From Myxococcota bacterium (lineage in GTDB: Bacteria; Myxococcota_A; Polyangia; Nannocystales; Nannocystaceae), in contig JBCCHT010000001.1 of NCBI GenBank assembly GCA_039028615.1, forward strand, positions 96,001 to 160,000: 64,000 nucleotides of DNA, in the 5' to 3' direction. Shown here in pieces: positions 1 to 10,189 of this stretch. Below the pieces are notes generated by a model. It made no database searches. It was not told where the DNA came from and saw only the letters and a list, made by a program, of their open reading frames with translations. The position numbers were made by a program, and so were the translations under genes. The first letter of the stretch is position 1; the number at the start of each line of letters is the position of its first letter.

Positions 1-1
1 C

Positions 2-802
2 GACGACGCCAAAAAGGCGCTCGACGAGCACGCCAAGGGCCCGGCCACCCTCCCCGGCCGCGCATCGCTGGCGCTCTACCACTGGAAGTCGGGCAACTTC
101 GAGGATGCCGAGCGCCTCTACACCGAGGCCATGGAAGCTCACGACGGCAAGGCGACCGAGCCAGTGGCGTGGGTGCACCTGCAGCTGGGCCTGATGGACC
201 TGGACCGTGGTCGTTGGGACGAGGCCCTGGCCCACTACCGCGCGGGCGCCTCGCTCATCCGTGGGTACTGGCTCATCGACGAGCACATGGCCGAGATCCT
301 CACCCTCCAGGGCAAGACCGACGAGGCCAAGGCGCTGTACCAGAGCATCATCGAACGCACGGGTAATCCCGAGTTCATGGATGCGATGGCCGAGATTCAC
401 GCCGCCGCGGGGGAGGACGGCGAAGCGGAGGCATGGGCCGCCAAGGCCCGCGCCGCGTTCGAAGACCAGCTGCGTCAGTTCCCCGAAGCGGCGTACGGCC
501 ACGCGTTGGGGCACTTCCTCGCCCATGGCACGGACCCCGAGCGCACGGTGCAGATGGCGGAGCGAAACCACGCCCTGCGCCCCAATGCCGACGCCAAGGC
601 GATGCTGGCCGAGGCTTACCTGGCGGCGGGACGGCTCCCCGATGCCGACCGGCTGATCGACGAGGCTCTGGCCACGCCCATGCGCAGCGCGTCGCTGCAT
701 GCCACCGCGGCTCAGATCAAGGACGCGGTCGGCAACAAGGGTGCCGCCAAGGCCCAGCGCAAGGCCGCGCGCGCCATCAACCCGAAGATCGAGCTGGACT
801 GA
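2..802 (+). CDS. tetratricopeptide-repeat protein (5' truncated by window)
   Basis: Frame open from position 2; helical TPR-like repeats (AWVHLQLGLMDLDRGRWDEALAHY, AEILTLQGKTDEAKALY, LAEAYLAAGRLPDA). Confidence 0.75.
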   Translation, partial: DDAKKALDEHAKGPATLPGRASLALYHWKSGNFEDAERLYTEAMEAHDGKATEPVAWVHLQLGLMDLDRGRWDEALAHYRAGASLIRGYWLIDEHMAEILTLQGKTDEAKALYQSIIERTGNPEFMDAMAEIHAAAGEDGEAEAWAAKARAAFEDQLRQFPEAAYGHALGHFLAHGTDPERTVQMAERNHALRPNADAKAMLAEAYLAAGRLPDADRLIDEALATPMRSASLHATAAQIKDAVGNKGAAKAQRKAARAINPKIELD

Positions 803-819
803 GCGGGCGACCGGGGGCC

Positions 820-1755
820 TCAGTCGCCATCGCGCGCCAGGGCCTGCACCGTCATGTCGCGAGCCAGCTCGCGGAGCCAACGATGCGCGGGGTCTCGGTG
901 CACGCGCTCGTGCCAGGTCGCCATGATGCGAAAGGTGGGCAGCTCGACCGGAGGCTCCACGATCCGAAGGTCGGCGAAGTTGGACGCCACCTCGGCGATC
1001 GCCCGCGGAATCGTGGCCACCAGATCGGAGCGCGCCACCATGAAGGGCACCCCGTTGAAGTACGGCGTTCGCAGCACCGTGCGCCGGGCGAGCCCCCGCT
1101 CGGCCAGCCGCTCGTCGACCACGCCGGGCTGATCGGTGTGTGCGACCACGACGTGCCCGAGCGACGCGTACTCCTCGACGGTGATGTGATCGCGCCCCTC
1201 CAGGATCGGATGCCCCACTCGCAGGATCACCACGAAGGACTCGTCGCAGACGCTTCGCATGCGTAGCGAAGCGCCCTCGAGGCCGCCCGTACCCATGACC
1301 AGGTCGGCGACACCGTGCTCCAGCGCCTGTACGATGCTGCCTCCGCTCGGCGGTTGGATGCGCATGGAGATGCCGGGCGCGACCCGGCCGACGTACTCCA
1401 TCACCCGCGGCAGGATGACGAGGTCGGCGAAGTCCGAGGTGACGATGGTGAACCGACGCTCCGCCGTGGACGGATCGAAGGGCGTGGTGTTTCGAACGGC
1501 CGCGTGCAGCTCGAGCAACCCGCGACGCACGGGCGCCACCAAGGCCATCGCCCGGGGGGTCGGCACCATGCCCTGGCGACCGCCGACCAACAGCTCATCG
1601 TCGAACAGCTCCCGCAGGCGTCGCAGCCGATGGCTCATCGCCGACTGCGTGAGCCCGACGCGCGCCGCGGCTCGGGTCACGTTGCGGTCCTCGAGCAAGG
1701 CATCCAACGCGACCATGAGGTTCAGGTCGATCGCTCCTCCATGTATGTCTTGCAT
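820..1755 (-). CDS. LysR-family transcriptional regulator
   Basis: N-terminal HTH IDLNLMVALDALLEDRNVTRAAARVGLTQSAMSHRLRRLR; C-terminal WHERVHRDPAHRWLR typical of NodD/LeuO-like LTTRs. Confidence 0.95.
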   Translation of the reverse strand: MQDIHGGAIDLNLMVALDALLEDRNVTRAAARVGLTQSAMSHRLRRLRELFDDELLVGGRQGMVPTPRAMALVAPVRRGLLELHAAVRNTTPFDPSTAERRFTIVTSDFADLVILPRVMEYVGRVAPGISMRIQPPSGGSIVQALEHGVADLVMGTGGLEGASLRMRSVCDESFVVILRVGHPILEGRDHITVEEYASLGHVVVAHTDQPGVVDERLAERGLARRTVLRTPYFNGVPFMVARSDLVATIPRAIAEVASNFADLRIVEPPVELPTFRIMATWHERVHRDPAHRWLRELARDMTVQALARDGD

Positions 1756-1771
1756 GAAAAGTATTAGAAGC

Positions 1772-1786
1772 ATGCGTTGTTTGCAT
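1772..1786. promoter_or_regulatory. putative LysR recognition box (T-N11-A inverted repeat)
   Basis: ATGC-GTTGTTT-GCAT in the AT-rich gap between the LysR gene and the divergent operon. Confidence 0.55.
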
Positions 1787-1832
1787 AGAGATTCCAAGCG
1801 CATGGTGACGGGGAAGCCACCCAGGAATCCCC

Positions 1833-2294
1833 ATGAAACCGCCCCAGAACCGCTCACTAGGCCGAAATCGGCGGTCGTTGCTCTCGGTCACCGTGTGGAT
1901 CGTGGCCAGCGCCGGAGCGCTCCTCAGCAGCGCATGTGACGCCGCTCAGGCCGAGACCCTGCCTCCCGCCGAGGCCTCGATCGACGCTCGCCCCACCGCC
2001 CCCGACCCTGTCGCGGGCCCGCCCACGAACCTCGAGCCGCCCTCCTCCGACCAAGCGCAGCTGTCCGGGGTGATTCGCGAGTGCCTCCCCGCGGGCGGCT
2101 ACACGTACCTGCGCCTCGAGCTCGACGACGGCGCATTCCCCTGGGTGGTGACGATGGCCAAGTCGATCGAGCCCGGCCAGCGCGTGGCCGTGGAGAGCCT
2201 CGGCACCAAGCACGACTTCCACTCCAACCGCCTCGATCGAGATTTCGACGAGCTGGTGTTCGGCATCGTCCGCCCGCTTCGCGATGAGAACTGA
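1833..2294 (+). CDS. putative lipoprotein with small OB-fold-like domain
   Basis: Signal peptide ending LSSAC, Pro-rich linker, GVIRECLPAGGYTYL...W motif. Confidence 0.6.
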   Translation: MKPPQNRSLGRNRRSLLSVTVWIVASAGALLSSACDAAQAETLPPAEASIDARPTAPDPVAGPPTNLEPPSSDQAQLSGVIRECLPAGGYTYLRLELDDGAFPWVVTMAKSIEPGQRVAVESLGTKHDFHSNRLDRDFDELVFGIVRPLRDEN

Positions 2295-2949
2295 CCTCAT
2301 GATCCGCCCCATCCCTCTGACCGTTGTGTCCCTGTCCCTCCTGCTCGGCGCGTGCCCGGCCGACGACGACCCCTCCCCCACCGCGGCGGCATCCAGCTCG
2401 AGCGGCGACCCCGACTCCAGCGGCGGCGACGTCGTCGAGACAACGACGACCGGCGGCGAAGGGCTCGATTCCACCGGACCCGGCATCGACGTCGATGCGC
2501 TCTACGGCTGCGAAGACCCCGACTTCACCGTGTTCCAGCCGCTCACCGGGCCCGGCATCGATCCCGAGACCGGCATGCTGCTGGAGCCCATCCACGACAG
2601 CTATCTCCTTCACACCACGCAGATCATGGCGCGGCCCGAAGCGATGGCCGAGTTCTTCGCCGCCAACGAAAGCGTGCTGGCGCAGCTGGGGCAGACCGAG
2701 GGCCTGGTCGGGTTTTCGATCGCCATCGAGCCCAACTGTGGCTTCGCACGCACGCTGGGCATCTGGGAGGACGAGCGCAGCATGCTGCTGTTCATCGGCA
2801 CGGGCGCGCACCTCGATGCGATGACCGAGGTCGCCGACCTCGCCGTCACCGCCCGCTCGACCACCTGGACCGCGAATGGGGCCGATATGCCGTTGACGTG
2901 GGCGGTGGCCCTCGAGGCGATCGCCGACATCACGCCCATCGTCTACTGA
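2284..2949 (+). CDS. lipoprotein with ABM/DUF3291-like alpha-beta barrel domain
   Basis: Lipobox LLGAC, S/T-rich linker, RTLGIWEDERSMLLFIGTGAHLDAM resembles monooxygenase-like dimeric barrels; overlaps upstream stop. Confidence 0.6.
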   Translation: MRTDLMIRPIPLTVVSLSLLLGACPADDDPSPTAAASSSSGDPDSSGGDVVETTTTGGEGLDSTGPGIDVDALYGCEDPDFTVFQPLTGPGIDPETGMLLEPIHDSYLLHTTQIMARPEAMAEFFAANESVLAQLGQTEGLVGFSIAIEPNCGFARTLGIWEDERSMLLFIGTGAHLDAMTEVADLAVTARSTTWTANGADMPLTWAVALEAIADITPIVY

Positions 2950-3071
2950 CCTTTTGGTTTCGGGCATCACCGTGCGGGTTCCAACCGTTCGGTGATGCAG
3001 GTTCAATTCGGGCGAGCACGCCACGAGACGGTGCGCCGCACGCCCGCCCCCGGCCTGCTAAGGTCGCGGCC

Positions 3072-4049
3072 ATGATACGCACTACGGTGATCGGGGTACT
3101 CGCCGCCGCCATGACGGTGGCCTGTGGCAGCACCGAGCCCGCCGCCGAGGGCGGCTCTTCGAGCGAGACCACGAACGGAGGCTCCTCCACCGCGCCCGCG
3201 TCGGCGCAGACCACCAGCGGTGGCGAAACCACGGGCGGCGTCGAGGAGTCGGGCGAGTCGACCGGTAGCGCCGACTCGACCACGACCGGTAGCTCGGACA
3301 TGGATCGGAGCCCCGGCTGCGACGGTGGTGACCCCAACGCCATCCCGGCCACGGTGGAGATCGACGGGGTCGACCGCGAGTTCTTGTTCGTGCTCCCCGA
3401 CGACTACGACCCGACCCGCGCGTACCCGCTGGTCTTCGCCTGGCATGCGCGCGGCACCAACGGTGCGATCGCTCGGGTCTACTACCAAGTCGAAGAGGCC
3501 TCGGAGGGCAACGCGATCTTCGTGTACCCCGACGGGCTGCCCCAGGAGACCTCGGGCGGCGAGACGGGCTGGAACCTCTCCCCCACGGGCTATGACGTGC
3601 TGTTCTTCGACGAGCTGTACGCGCAGGCCACCAACAACCTGTGCATCGACCAAAGCCGCGTGTTCTCCACCGGGCACAGCTTCGGCGGCTTCATGTCGAA
3701 CTTCATCGGCTGCGTGCGCGGCGAGTTCTTCCGCGCCATCGCCCCGGTGGCGGGCGGCGGCCCCCAGGGCACCTGCAGCGGGCCGATGGCGGCCTGGATC
3801 GCCCACGGCACCGTGGACCCCACCGTGCCCTTCGCCGTCGGCGAGGCGAGCTACGACTACTGGCGCGACCTCAACGGCTGCACCGAAGATCCGGTCGCGG
3901 TCGAGCCCAGCCCCTGTGTGATCCACGAAAGCTGCGACGCCGGGGTGCCGCTGACGTGGTGCGAGCACAACGAGACGATGCCGCTCGAAGGCCACCACTG
4001 GCCGACCTGGGCCGGCGACGCGATCTGGGATTTCTTCGCCCAGTTCTAG
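3072..4049 (+). CDS. lipoprotein alpha/beta hydrolase (LpqC / PHB depolymerase / CE1 esterase-like)
   Basis: Lipobox TVAC; YPLVFAWH, GHSFGG nucleophile elbow, HGTVDPTVP acid, GHHWP His. Confidence 0.85.
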   Translation: MIRTTVIGVLAAAMTVACGSTEPAAEGGSSSETTNGGSSTAPASAQTTSGGETTGGVEESGESTGSADSTTTGSSDMDRSPGCDGGDPNAIPATVEIDGVDREFLFVLPDDYDPTRAYPLVFAWHARGTNGAIARVYYQVEEASEGNAIFVYPDGLPQETSGGETGWNLSPTGYDVLFFDELYAQATNNLCIDQSRVFSTGHSFGGFMSNFIGCVRGEFFRAIAPVAGGGPQGTCSGPMAAWIAHGTVDPTVPFAVGEASYDYWRDLNGCTEDPVAVEPSPCVIHESCDAGVPLTWCEHNETMPLEGHHWPTWAGDAIWDFFAQF

Positions 4050-4055
4050 CGAAGC

Positions 4056-4733
4056 TCAGCGACGCCCGAACTTCTGCGTCCAGTAGTGACCGAAGGCATC
4101 GGACGAGGGGTGATGCCCCACGCCGACCTCGCGGAAGTTCGGGCTCATGATGTTGGCGCAGTGACCGGGGCTGCTCATCCAGCCGGCCACGACGTCACGC
4201 GCCGTGGCCTGCCCAGCCGAGATGTTCTCCCCGGTGGCCATCGCCCGGTAGCCGGTCGCTTCGATGCGGTCCGACGGCGAGCGACCCTGGAGGTCGTGGT
4301 GATCGAAGAACCCGGAGCGCGCCATCTCGCGGCTGTGGCCGCGGGCGGCACAGGTCAGGCGAGGCTCGGCACTCAAGGCGGGCACGGGACCGAAGCGTCG
4401 GCCGCCGCAGCGCGCTCCCTCGGCGCGATGGGCATTGATGAGCGCCACCACTTCGCGCTCGGCCGCGGCCCGCTCGGACGACCACGCGGGCAGCCCGGCG
4501 CACTGCGGGCCGGCATCGGAAGCGCTGGCTCGGCGACGCGCGGGGCCGCGGTTTTTGTGCGACGACTTGACCAAGCGCCGGCCTCGGCGAGTCTCGGCGC
4601 CCTTCGGCGACGACGCGGCCTCGGTGGTGGGGCCCGAGCGCGAGGGCTCGGGCGGGCGCGAAGACGTGGAGTCGTGAACGGTACAGCCCCCAACGACGAG
4701 GGCCAGGACGGCGACGGACCAGTGTGTCGTCAT
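4056..4733 (-). CDS. CAP/SCP-domain lipoprotein
   Basis: INAHRAEG, AARGHSREMA, GENISAG, WMSSPGHCANIM, YWTQKFG. Confidence 0.92.
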   Translation of the reverse strand: MTTHWSVAVLALVVGGCTVHDSTSSRPPEPSRSGPTTEAASSPKGAETRRGRRLVKSSHKNRGPARRRASASDAGPQCAGLPAWSSERAAAEREVVALINAHRAEGARCGGRRFGPVPALSAEPRLTCAARGHSREMARSGFFDHHDLQGRSPSDRIEATGYRAMATGENISAGQATARDVVAGWMSSPGHCANIMSPNFREVGVGHHPSSDAFGHYWTQKFGRR

Positions 4734-4811
4734 CACGAAGTTGGACGCAGTCGCCCCGCCCCATCGTCAAAAGTGACGAATCGAGGGCCTCAGGCCCCGC
4801 TGCGGGGCCGC

Positions 4812-5918
4812 TCAGCCCGTGCAGCAGAAGGTGACCGGCTCGGCTTCGGCCGCGGTTCCCATGGGGCCGACCACCGCGGGCTCGCACTGCCCCTGCGCAG
4901 AGCCCACCACATGGGAAAGCGCGACGGGATCGATGCTGCCCACGCCGTCGGTGCATCCCCCCGCCGGGACATTGCCCGCAGAGCTCCCCATGCAGTTGGT
5001 CGTGGTCGACAGGAACAAGGTGGTGTTCATGCACGGGGTGCTCGGGAACCCACACGTGCACTCCTGGCAGTCGCGGTCGTCGTCGACGTCCTGATGCAGC
5101 ACCGTGCGCACGGAGTAGTCGCCCGCGGGGCACTCGACCTCGCCCGTCTGCCACACGCACCACTGGGGGTAGTACGGGTCGGAGGGCGCGTCGGCGCACA
5201 GCTGACCCGAGCCGCAGTCGCCCTCGTCGAAGGTCCCGCCGCACGCCAAGTGCTGGGTCGAAAACAGCGCGGGGTCGACCGTCGTGTGCGAGATCGGGTC
5301 GCAAGAGCCGCTGGTCACGGTGGGCGGCACGAACTCGTAGCTCCCCGACAGGTCCCAGTCGGAGCCGATGCTGAGGTTGCAGCCCGGGAACACGTTGAAG
5401 GGAGCGTCGGGCGTGCCGCTGCACCCGGGGCCGGGGTAGTAAATCATCTGACCGCCGCTGCACGAGGCATCGGTCAGCGGTTCGCACTCGCAGCCGCAGG
5501 TCGCCGCGGGGGCGACCAGGTCGCTGAAGACCTGGGTCTGCTGATCGGTGAAGGGCGCCGCGCACCCGAGGTCTTCGGCGGCGTCGGCCTCGAGCCACGC
5601 AAAGGGCCCCGTCCAGCCGTCGGGCGCGGCCGCGATGCACTCCATGCCCCGCGCCTCGCACCCGGAGGCCTCGGTGTCGCCGGCGGCCGTGGTGTCGGTG
5701 GTGCCCGTGCCCGTGGTGGTGGCGCCCGGCGTGGGCGTGCCGCCGCTCGAGTCCATGGCGGGCCCCGTGCTGGTGGCGGCGCCCGTGCTCGAGTCGTTCG
5801 CCTCGCCGTTGTTCAAGTAGGGGTTGGGCTCGGTGCAGCCCGAAACCAGGATCAGCGCGAACGCGGCTGCCACCCCGATTTCGCCGTGTCGTCCGCCAAA
5901 GGCCATCGCTCGAATCAT
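4812..5918 (-). CDS. Cys-rich secreted lipoprotein
   Basis: Lipobox VSGC, T/G-rich linker, many Cys (CGCEC, CQECTC, terminal FCC); biased codon usage. Confidence 0.7.
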   Translation of the reverse strand: MIRAMAFGGRHGEIGVAAAFALILVSGCTEPNPYLNNGEANDSSTGAATSTGPAMDSSGGTPTPGATTTGTGTTDTTAAGDTEASGCEARGMECIAAAPDGWTGPFAWLEADAAEDLGCAAPFTDQQTQVFSDLVAPAATCGCECEPLTDASCSGGQMIYYPGPGCSGTPDAPFNVFPGCNLSIGSDWDLSGSYEFVPPTVTSGSCDPISHTTVDPALFSTQHLACGGTFDEGDCGSGQLCADAPSDPYYPQWCVWQTGEVECPAGDYSVRTVLHQDVDDDRDCQECTCGFPSTPCMNTTLFLSTTTNCMGSSAGNVPAGGCTDGVGSIDPVALSHVVGSAQGQCEPAVVGPMGTAAEAEPVTFCCTG

Positions 5919-5952
5919 GATCTGCTCCACCGACGACGTAAAGGCCAATCGC

Positions 5953-8661
5953 TCACGCGACGGTTTGGGCCTGCTCCATGAGCCGGTCGTTGGTGATGAC
6001 CCACAGATAGCGCAACTTGGCCAAGTCGATCTGATACCCCGGCTCGTTCGGGCCGGGCGCGACGCAGAGCCGAGTCGTACCGTCGTCTTGTTCCAAGCGA
6101 ACCCCGACCAACAGCCGCCCTCGACGCCGCAGCCCCAGGGCCAGCTCGCAAAACCCGACCGTCCCCGAGCCCGGTTTCACCGGTCGCATGCGCACGAAGC
6201 TCTGGCCCCACGAACCGAGCAGCTCGGAGTACACGCCGTCGAACCCGGGCACGACGACCGACTGGAACAGGAAGAACGCGCGCAGCTGCGGGATCGAGTA
6301 GATCCGCACGTGGTGCTTGCCGAGGGTCCGAAAGTGCTCCTCGAGCCGGGCGGCGAGCCGGGCATCGAAGACCTCGGCCACCACTCGGGGGCGCCCGTGC
6401 TCGGCTCCGTGCGCGGCCAACAGGTCCTCGAGCTTGAGCAAGGTCGTGGTCGTCCGCGCGTCGTTTTCTCCCTCGGCGTCGGCCATGAAGACCACTGCGT
6501 CGAGATCACCGACATGACCGAAGCCAGCCGGCAGATCCACCAGGTGCCGGCTGGCCATCCAGTCCGCGACCCGCACCTGCACCCGGCTCTCCTGCGCACT
6601 CGCCGTGTTCGCCTGCTGGAACACGTAGCTGCCGTCGGGCTGAGAGACGAAGGCACCGTGGTAGGCGGGCATCAGCCCGCGGTCGACCAGCTCGCTGTGC
6701 TCTTCGAGCGCATCCCGGGCCCGTCGCTCCGCGACCGCGTCCGCGACCAACACCAGCACTTCGCCGCCGGGCTGACCCCGCAGCAGTTCCTCGAGCATGT
6801 AGATGGAGCCGCGCCGAAAGCCGCAGACCAAGACCCGACCGATGGTCGTCTGGGCCGTGCGCTCGAGCTGCGGCGGACGCATCACCGATGGCGGCGCCTC
6901 GTCGTGCTCGCGGCGGGCCTCTTTGGGCTGGCTCTCGGCGAAGTCGCGAATCGAACGGAAGTTGTCGGCGATGGCCACCAGGCCCAGGCATCGGCCTCGA
7001 CGCGGAGCATCGGGGTCGCTGCTCCGCGGATTGACGACCACCTCGAAGTCCTGGTGCGAATCCTCGTCGCGCGGCGCCATCATCAGCCCGACCGGCACGA
7101 TGGTCGACTCGCCGCGGGTCAGCCCTCGCTGCAGCAGGTTGTCCATGGCCACCACCGGGTCGGAGCCGAGGTCCGGCGGGTCCTCCATGGTGAAGCCGAG
7201 CCCCTCGGTCTGGAAGAAGCACGTGTAAAGCTCGTGCCCGCGGCTGGTGAGCAGCTCTTCGAGCAGGTCACCCAGGCCCGGGCACCGCACCACGCCGGCC
7301 ACGAACAAGGCGACCAGGCGCTCGGTGGGCACCACGAACGCGCGGAAGGTGGCGCGCCCCGGGGCGACCGCGGCTCGGGCGGCGGCGATGTTGCTGTCGT
7401 CGAGGATCTCCGCGATGACCACCCGCTGGCGCTCGCGGGGCCGACGAGGCCGACGCTCGATCTGCGCCCGCACCCGCTCCACCAGGTTCAGCAGCGTCTG
7501 GATGGTGTCGGCATCGGGCGAGGGCTCGTCGTGGTCGGCCAGCAGCACGATGCGCTTGGCGTGCACGAGGTCGGCCCGTACCAGCAGGTTGTCGTCCTTG
7601 TCGGCGCGCTCGCGGTACACGATGCGCGACAGCTCGGGCTGCCGCAGAAACTCGGGCGGATCCTCGCGGCGACCGACCACCAGATAGCGCGGGCCGAAGA
7701 GCCCGCGTCGCCACAGGTCGCGAAACCACGCCGCCGACAGCACCCGGGCGTCGGTGGGCAGCAGCTTTCGGTAATAGCGCATCAGCTCCGCCAGCAGCCG
7801 TGACGTGGGCGGGGTGACCCCCACGATCACCGTGTGCCCGCGCAGGCCGGCCGGGCGCAGCCGCGACAGCTGCATCAGCTCGTGCACGACATCGGTGCCG
7901 AGACCGATGAGGAACGAGATCAAGAACAGGCCGAAGACGGTCAGGCCCAGGCTGATGAGCACCAGCGGAATGGCGAACGGGGCCGGGAGCATGTTGCCCG
8001 GGTCCTGGACCTGCCGAAATGCCCACCACAACAGATTGAAGAAGGTGCGGTCGCGGGCGTCGACCTGCTCGTCGCCCGTCACGTCGACCCAGCCGCCGCC
8101 GCTCTCGGCGAGGTGGTACATGACCAGCGCGCCCGCGAAGGACAGGCCGCCCACCACGAAGCCCATCAGCATGATCTGCCGGGCCCGCTCTCGCCGCGAC
8201 AAGATCGACCACAGGTCCATCACCAGCGGCGCCCAGTAGCTCACCAGCAGGAACATCCGGGTGAGCCGGAACAACCGCAGCCAGCGGGCGCCCGAGGGTC
8301 CGACGGGCAAGGGCAGGAACGACACCAGCGCGATGAGGTCGGCGAGCAGCAGGAAGAACGTGCCCATCCGAGTCCGTCGTCGACGGATGGGTGCCGAAGG
8401 TCGCTCGACGATGCTGCCGCCCTCCTCGTCGGGATCGGGAGGTCGCTTGATGATCACGAACAGCCGCGCGAGGAACTCGGCCCCGAACATGGTGAGGAAC
8501 AGCGCGTCCGTGCCCTCCACCCACTCGAAGGGCAGCAGGCTCACGATGATGGCGATGCTCAAGACCAGGCGCACCGCGGTGCGCTCGAGGAATCGATCGA
8601 TTTCCTGCACCCACCGCAGGTCTCGCGAAGTACGAGATGGCGTCGGCGAGGCTTCACTCAC
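5953..8661 (-). CDS. 6TM cation channel: voltage-sensor-like S1-S4, CASTOR/POLLUX-like pore, RCK-like tail
   Basis: S2 FGAEFLARL, S3 LADLIAL, S4 RWLRLFRLTR, pore WWAFRQVQDPGNM, S6 helix, RCK starts GHTVIVG and RVLVCG, VIAEILD/VVAEVFD. Confidence 0.7.
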   Translation of the reverse strand: MSEASPTPSRTSRDLRWVQEIDRFLERTAVRLVLSIAIIVSLLPFEWVEGTDALFLTMFGAEFLARLFVIIKRPPDPDEEGGSIVERPSAPIRRRRTRMGTFFLLLADLIALVSFLPLPVGPSGARWLRLFRLTRMFLLVSYWAPLVMDLWSILSRRERARQIMLMGFVVGGLSFAGALVMYHLAESGGGWVDVTGDEQVDARDRTFFNLLWWAFRQVQDPGNMLPAPFAIPLVLISLGLTVFGLFLISFLIGLGTDVVHELMQLSRLRPAGLRGHTVIVGVTPPTSRLLAELMRYYRKLLPTDARVLSAAWFRDLWRRGLFGPRYLVVGRREDPPEFLRQPELSRIVYRERADKDDNLLVRADLVHAKRIVLLADHDEPSPDADTIQTLLNLVERVRAQIERRPRRPRERQRVVIAEILDDSNIAAARAAVAPGRATFRAFVVPTERLVALFVAGVVRCPGLGDLLEELLTSRGHELYTCFFQTEGLGFTMEDPPDLGSDPVVAMDNLLQRGLTRGESTIVPVGLMMAPRDEDSHQDFEVVVNPRSSDPDAPRRGRCLGLVAIADNFRSIRDFAESQPKEARREHDEAPPSVMRPPQLERTAQTTIGRVLVCGFRRGSIYMLEELLRGQPGGEVLVLVADAVAERRARDALEEHSELVDRGLMPAYHGAFVSQPDGSYVFQQANTASAQESRVQVRVADWMASRHLVDLPAGFGHVGDLDAVVFMADAEGENDARTTTTLLKLEDLLAAHGAEHGRPRVVAEVFDARLAARLEEHFRTLGKHHVRIYSIPQLRAFFLFQSVVVPGFDGVYSELLGSWGQSFVRMRPVKPGSGTVGFCELALGLRRRGRLLVGVRLEQDDGTTRLCVAPGPNEPGYQIDLAKLRYLWVITNDRLMEQAQTVA

Positions 8662-8727
8662 GAGGGCCGCAGGATACCCGCCCCGACCGGAGCCAGCCAC
8701 CCACCGACCTGGGCCTTGCCCGACCGG

Positions 8728-9279
8728 CTAGCGGGCGGGGGCGGACGAGGGGCCGAGCGCGGCCGCGTCGGCGAGCACCTGGTCGGCGTGCACCCCCGGA
8801 TCGACCCCTCGGTAGACCTTGGCGATGGTGCCGTCGGGCCCGATGAGAAAGCTGTCGCGATCGGTCATGCCGAGGGTGGTGTCGACCCCGAAGGCATTCG
8901 ACCAGGCGTGGTCTTCGTCGGCGATGAGGGGCAGCGGCAGCGCATGCTCCTCGGCGAACTCGGCGTGGGACTCGTTGGAGTCGGACGAGACGCCCACCAC
9001 CAGCACCCCGGCCTGCTCGTAGCGCTCCCAGGTGTCACGGAAGGCGCACGCTTCCTTCGTGCAGCCGGGGGTGCCGTCGCGCGGGTAGAAATAGACGAGC
9101 ACGGTGGTGCCCTGCAGCGCGGGCAGGTCGATGGTGGTGCCGTCGTGCGCGACCCGAGACAACTCCGGGGCCGAAGCGCCGACCTCGAGCAGCTCGACGC
9201 TGCGCCCCGCGCAACCGGTCACGACCGGGGCGGTCAGCATCAACGAGCCACAAAGCAGCCAGGCACGACGGGCGAGCAT
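8728..9279 (-). CDS. bcp: peroxiredoxin BCP/PrxQ with signal/lipoprotein leader
   Basis: VYFYPRDGTPGCTKEACAFRD signature. Confidence 0.9.
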   Translation of the reverse strand: MLARRAWLLCGSLMLTAPVVTGCAGRSVELLEVGASAPELSRVAHDGTTIDLPALQGTTVLVYFYPRDGTPGCTKEACAFRDTWERYEQAGVLVVGVSSDSNESHAEFAEEHALPLPLIADEDHAWSNAFGVDTTLGMTDRDSFLIGPDGTIAKVYRGVDPGVHADQVLADAAALGPSSAPAR

Positions 9280-9325
9280 GCCTGGCTCATAGCGCATGAC
9301 CGAGCGCGCGGCCACCGGTCGGCCC

Positions 9326-10189
9326 CTACGAGGCCATCGGCGTGAACGAGATGGACACGTGGCCGCGGGCCATGATCGCCGGCCCCGACCCGGCACGCGA
9401 CTTCGCCTCGACGTCGGACTCGATGGACCAACGCACCGGGCCCTCGGTCGCGACCTCGATCGTCTGCGTAAGCTTCGCTCGATTCTGGACGCCGTCTCTG
9501 GCCGCGAAGGTCTCCACCGCGCCCGAGACATCGAGGTGCGCGGTGCCGTCCGCGACTCGCGTCAGGGTGAACTCGAAGTCGTGCCGCCGCGTACGCCGGA
9601 CGCCTTCATGCACGTTCAGCACCTCCTCCTCGGGCAGGGGCATGAGCCGCTCGCCCTTCGTCAGGCTGCGCCCATCGAGCATGCGCGCCGCAGCCGAGTG
9701 GTCGCGCATGCTGGTCATGAAGCGCTCCAGGCTGACGAGTTCATCCTTCTTCACCGCGCCCCGCTGCACGTGGGTGGCGCGCAGGGGGTCGTCCTTTGTC
9801 CACGACAGCAGATAGGTCGAACCCAACACCAGGCTCGGGATCGGGGTGTGGACGCCGGCCTCGTCGATCAACTCCGTCTCGTTCTCCCGCACGTGCACCC
9901 GCGCCGAGGTGATGCCCCACTCACCCGACGACAGGACCTCGACGTCGGCGACCACGCGGCTGTGGATGTTGGTCGACTTGCCCAGCCGCAGCTGCCCCTT
10001 TTCTTCCGCCGTCCACGTGAAGCGGTCGCCGACCGCCGGCACGGCGACGTTGAACTTCACGGAGGCGGGCCGCGGGTCCGCCTCCGGCCCGACCTCGTCC
10101 GGCGTCTTCCGATCGCATCCGCCATGGACGACGAGACCGAGGAGCAACGCGACGCGACACGCGGTACGGGCGGGGGCGAGTCCAACCAT
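9326..10189 (-). CDS. hypothetical lipoprotein
   Basis: Hydrophobic leader ending HGGC; beta-rich body; fills the gap between bcp and fumC. Confidence 0.6.
   Translation of the reverse strand: MVGLAPARTACRVALLLGLVVHGGCDRKTPDEVGPEADPRPASVKFNVAVPAVGDRFTWTAEEKGQLRLGKSTNIHSRVVADVEVLSSGEWGITSARVHVRENETELIDEAGVHTPIPSLVLGSTYLLSWTKDDPLRATHVQRGAVKKDELVSLERFMTSMRDHSAAARMLDGRSLTKGERLMPLPEEEVLNVHEGVRRTRRHDFEFTLTRVADGTAHLDVSGAVETFAARDGVQNRAKLTQTIEVATEGPVRWSIESDVEAKSRAGSGPAIMARGHVSISFTPMAS

Noticed and set aside
2352..3071. N-terminal extension of the esterase ORF
   Set aside because: Arg-rich read-through overlapping another gene; the signal peptide starts at 3072
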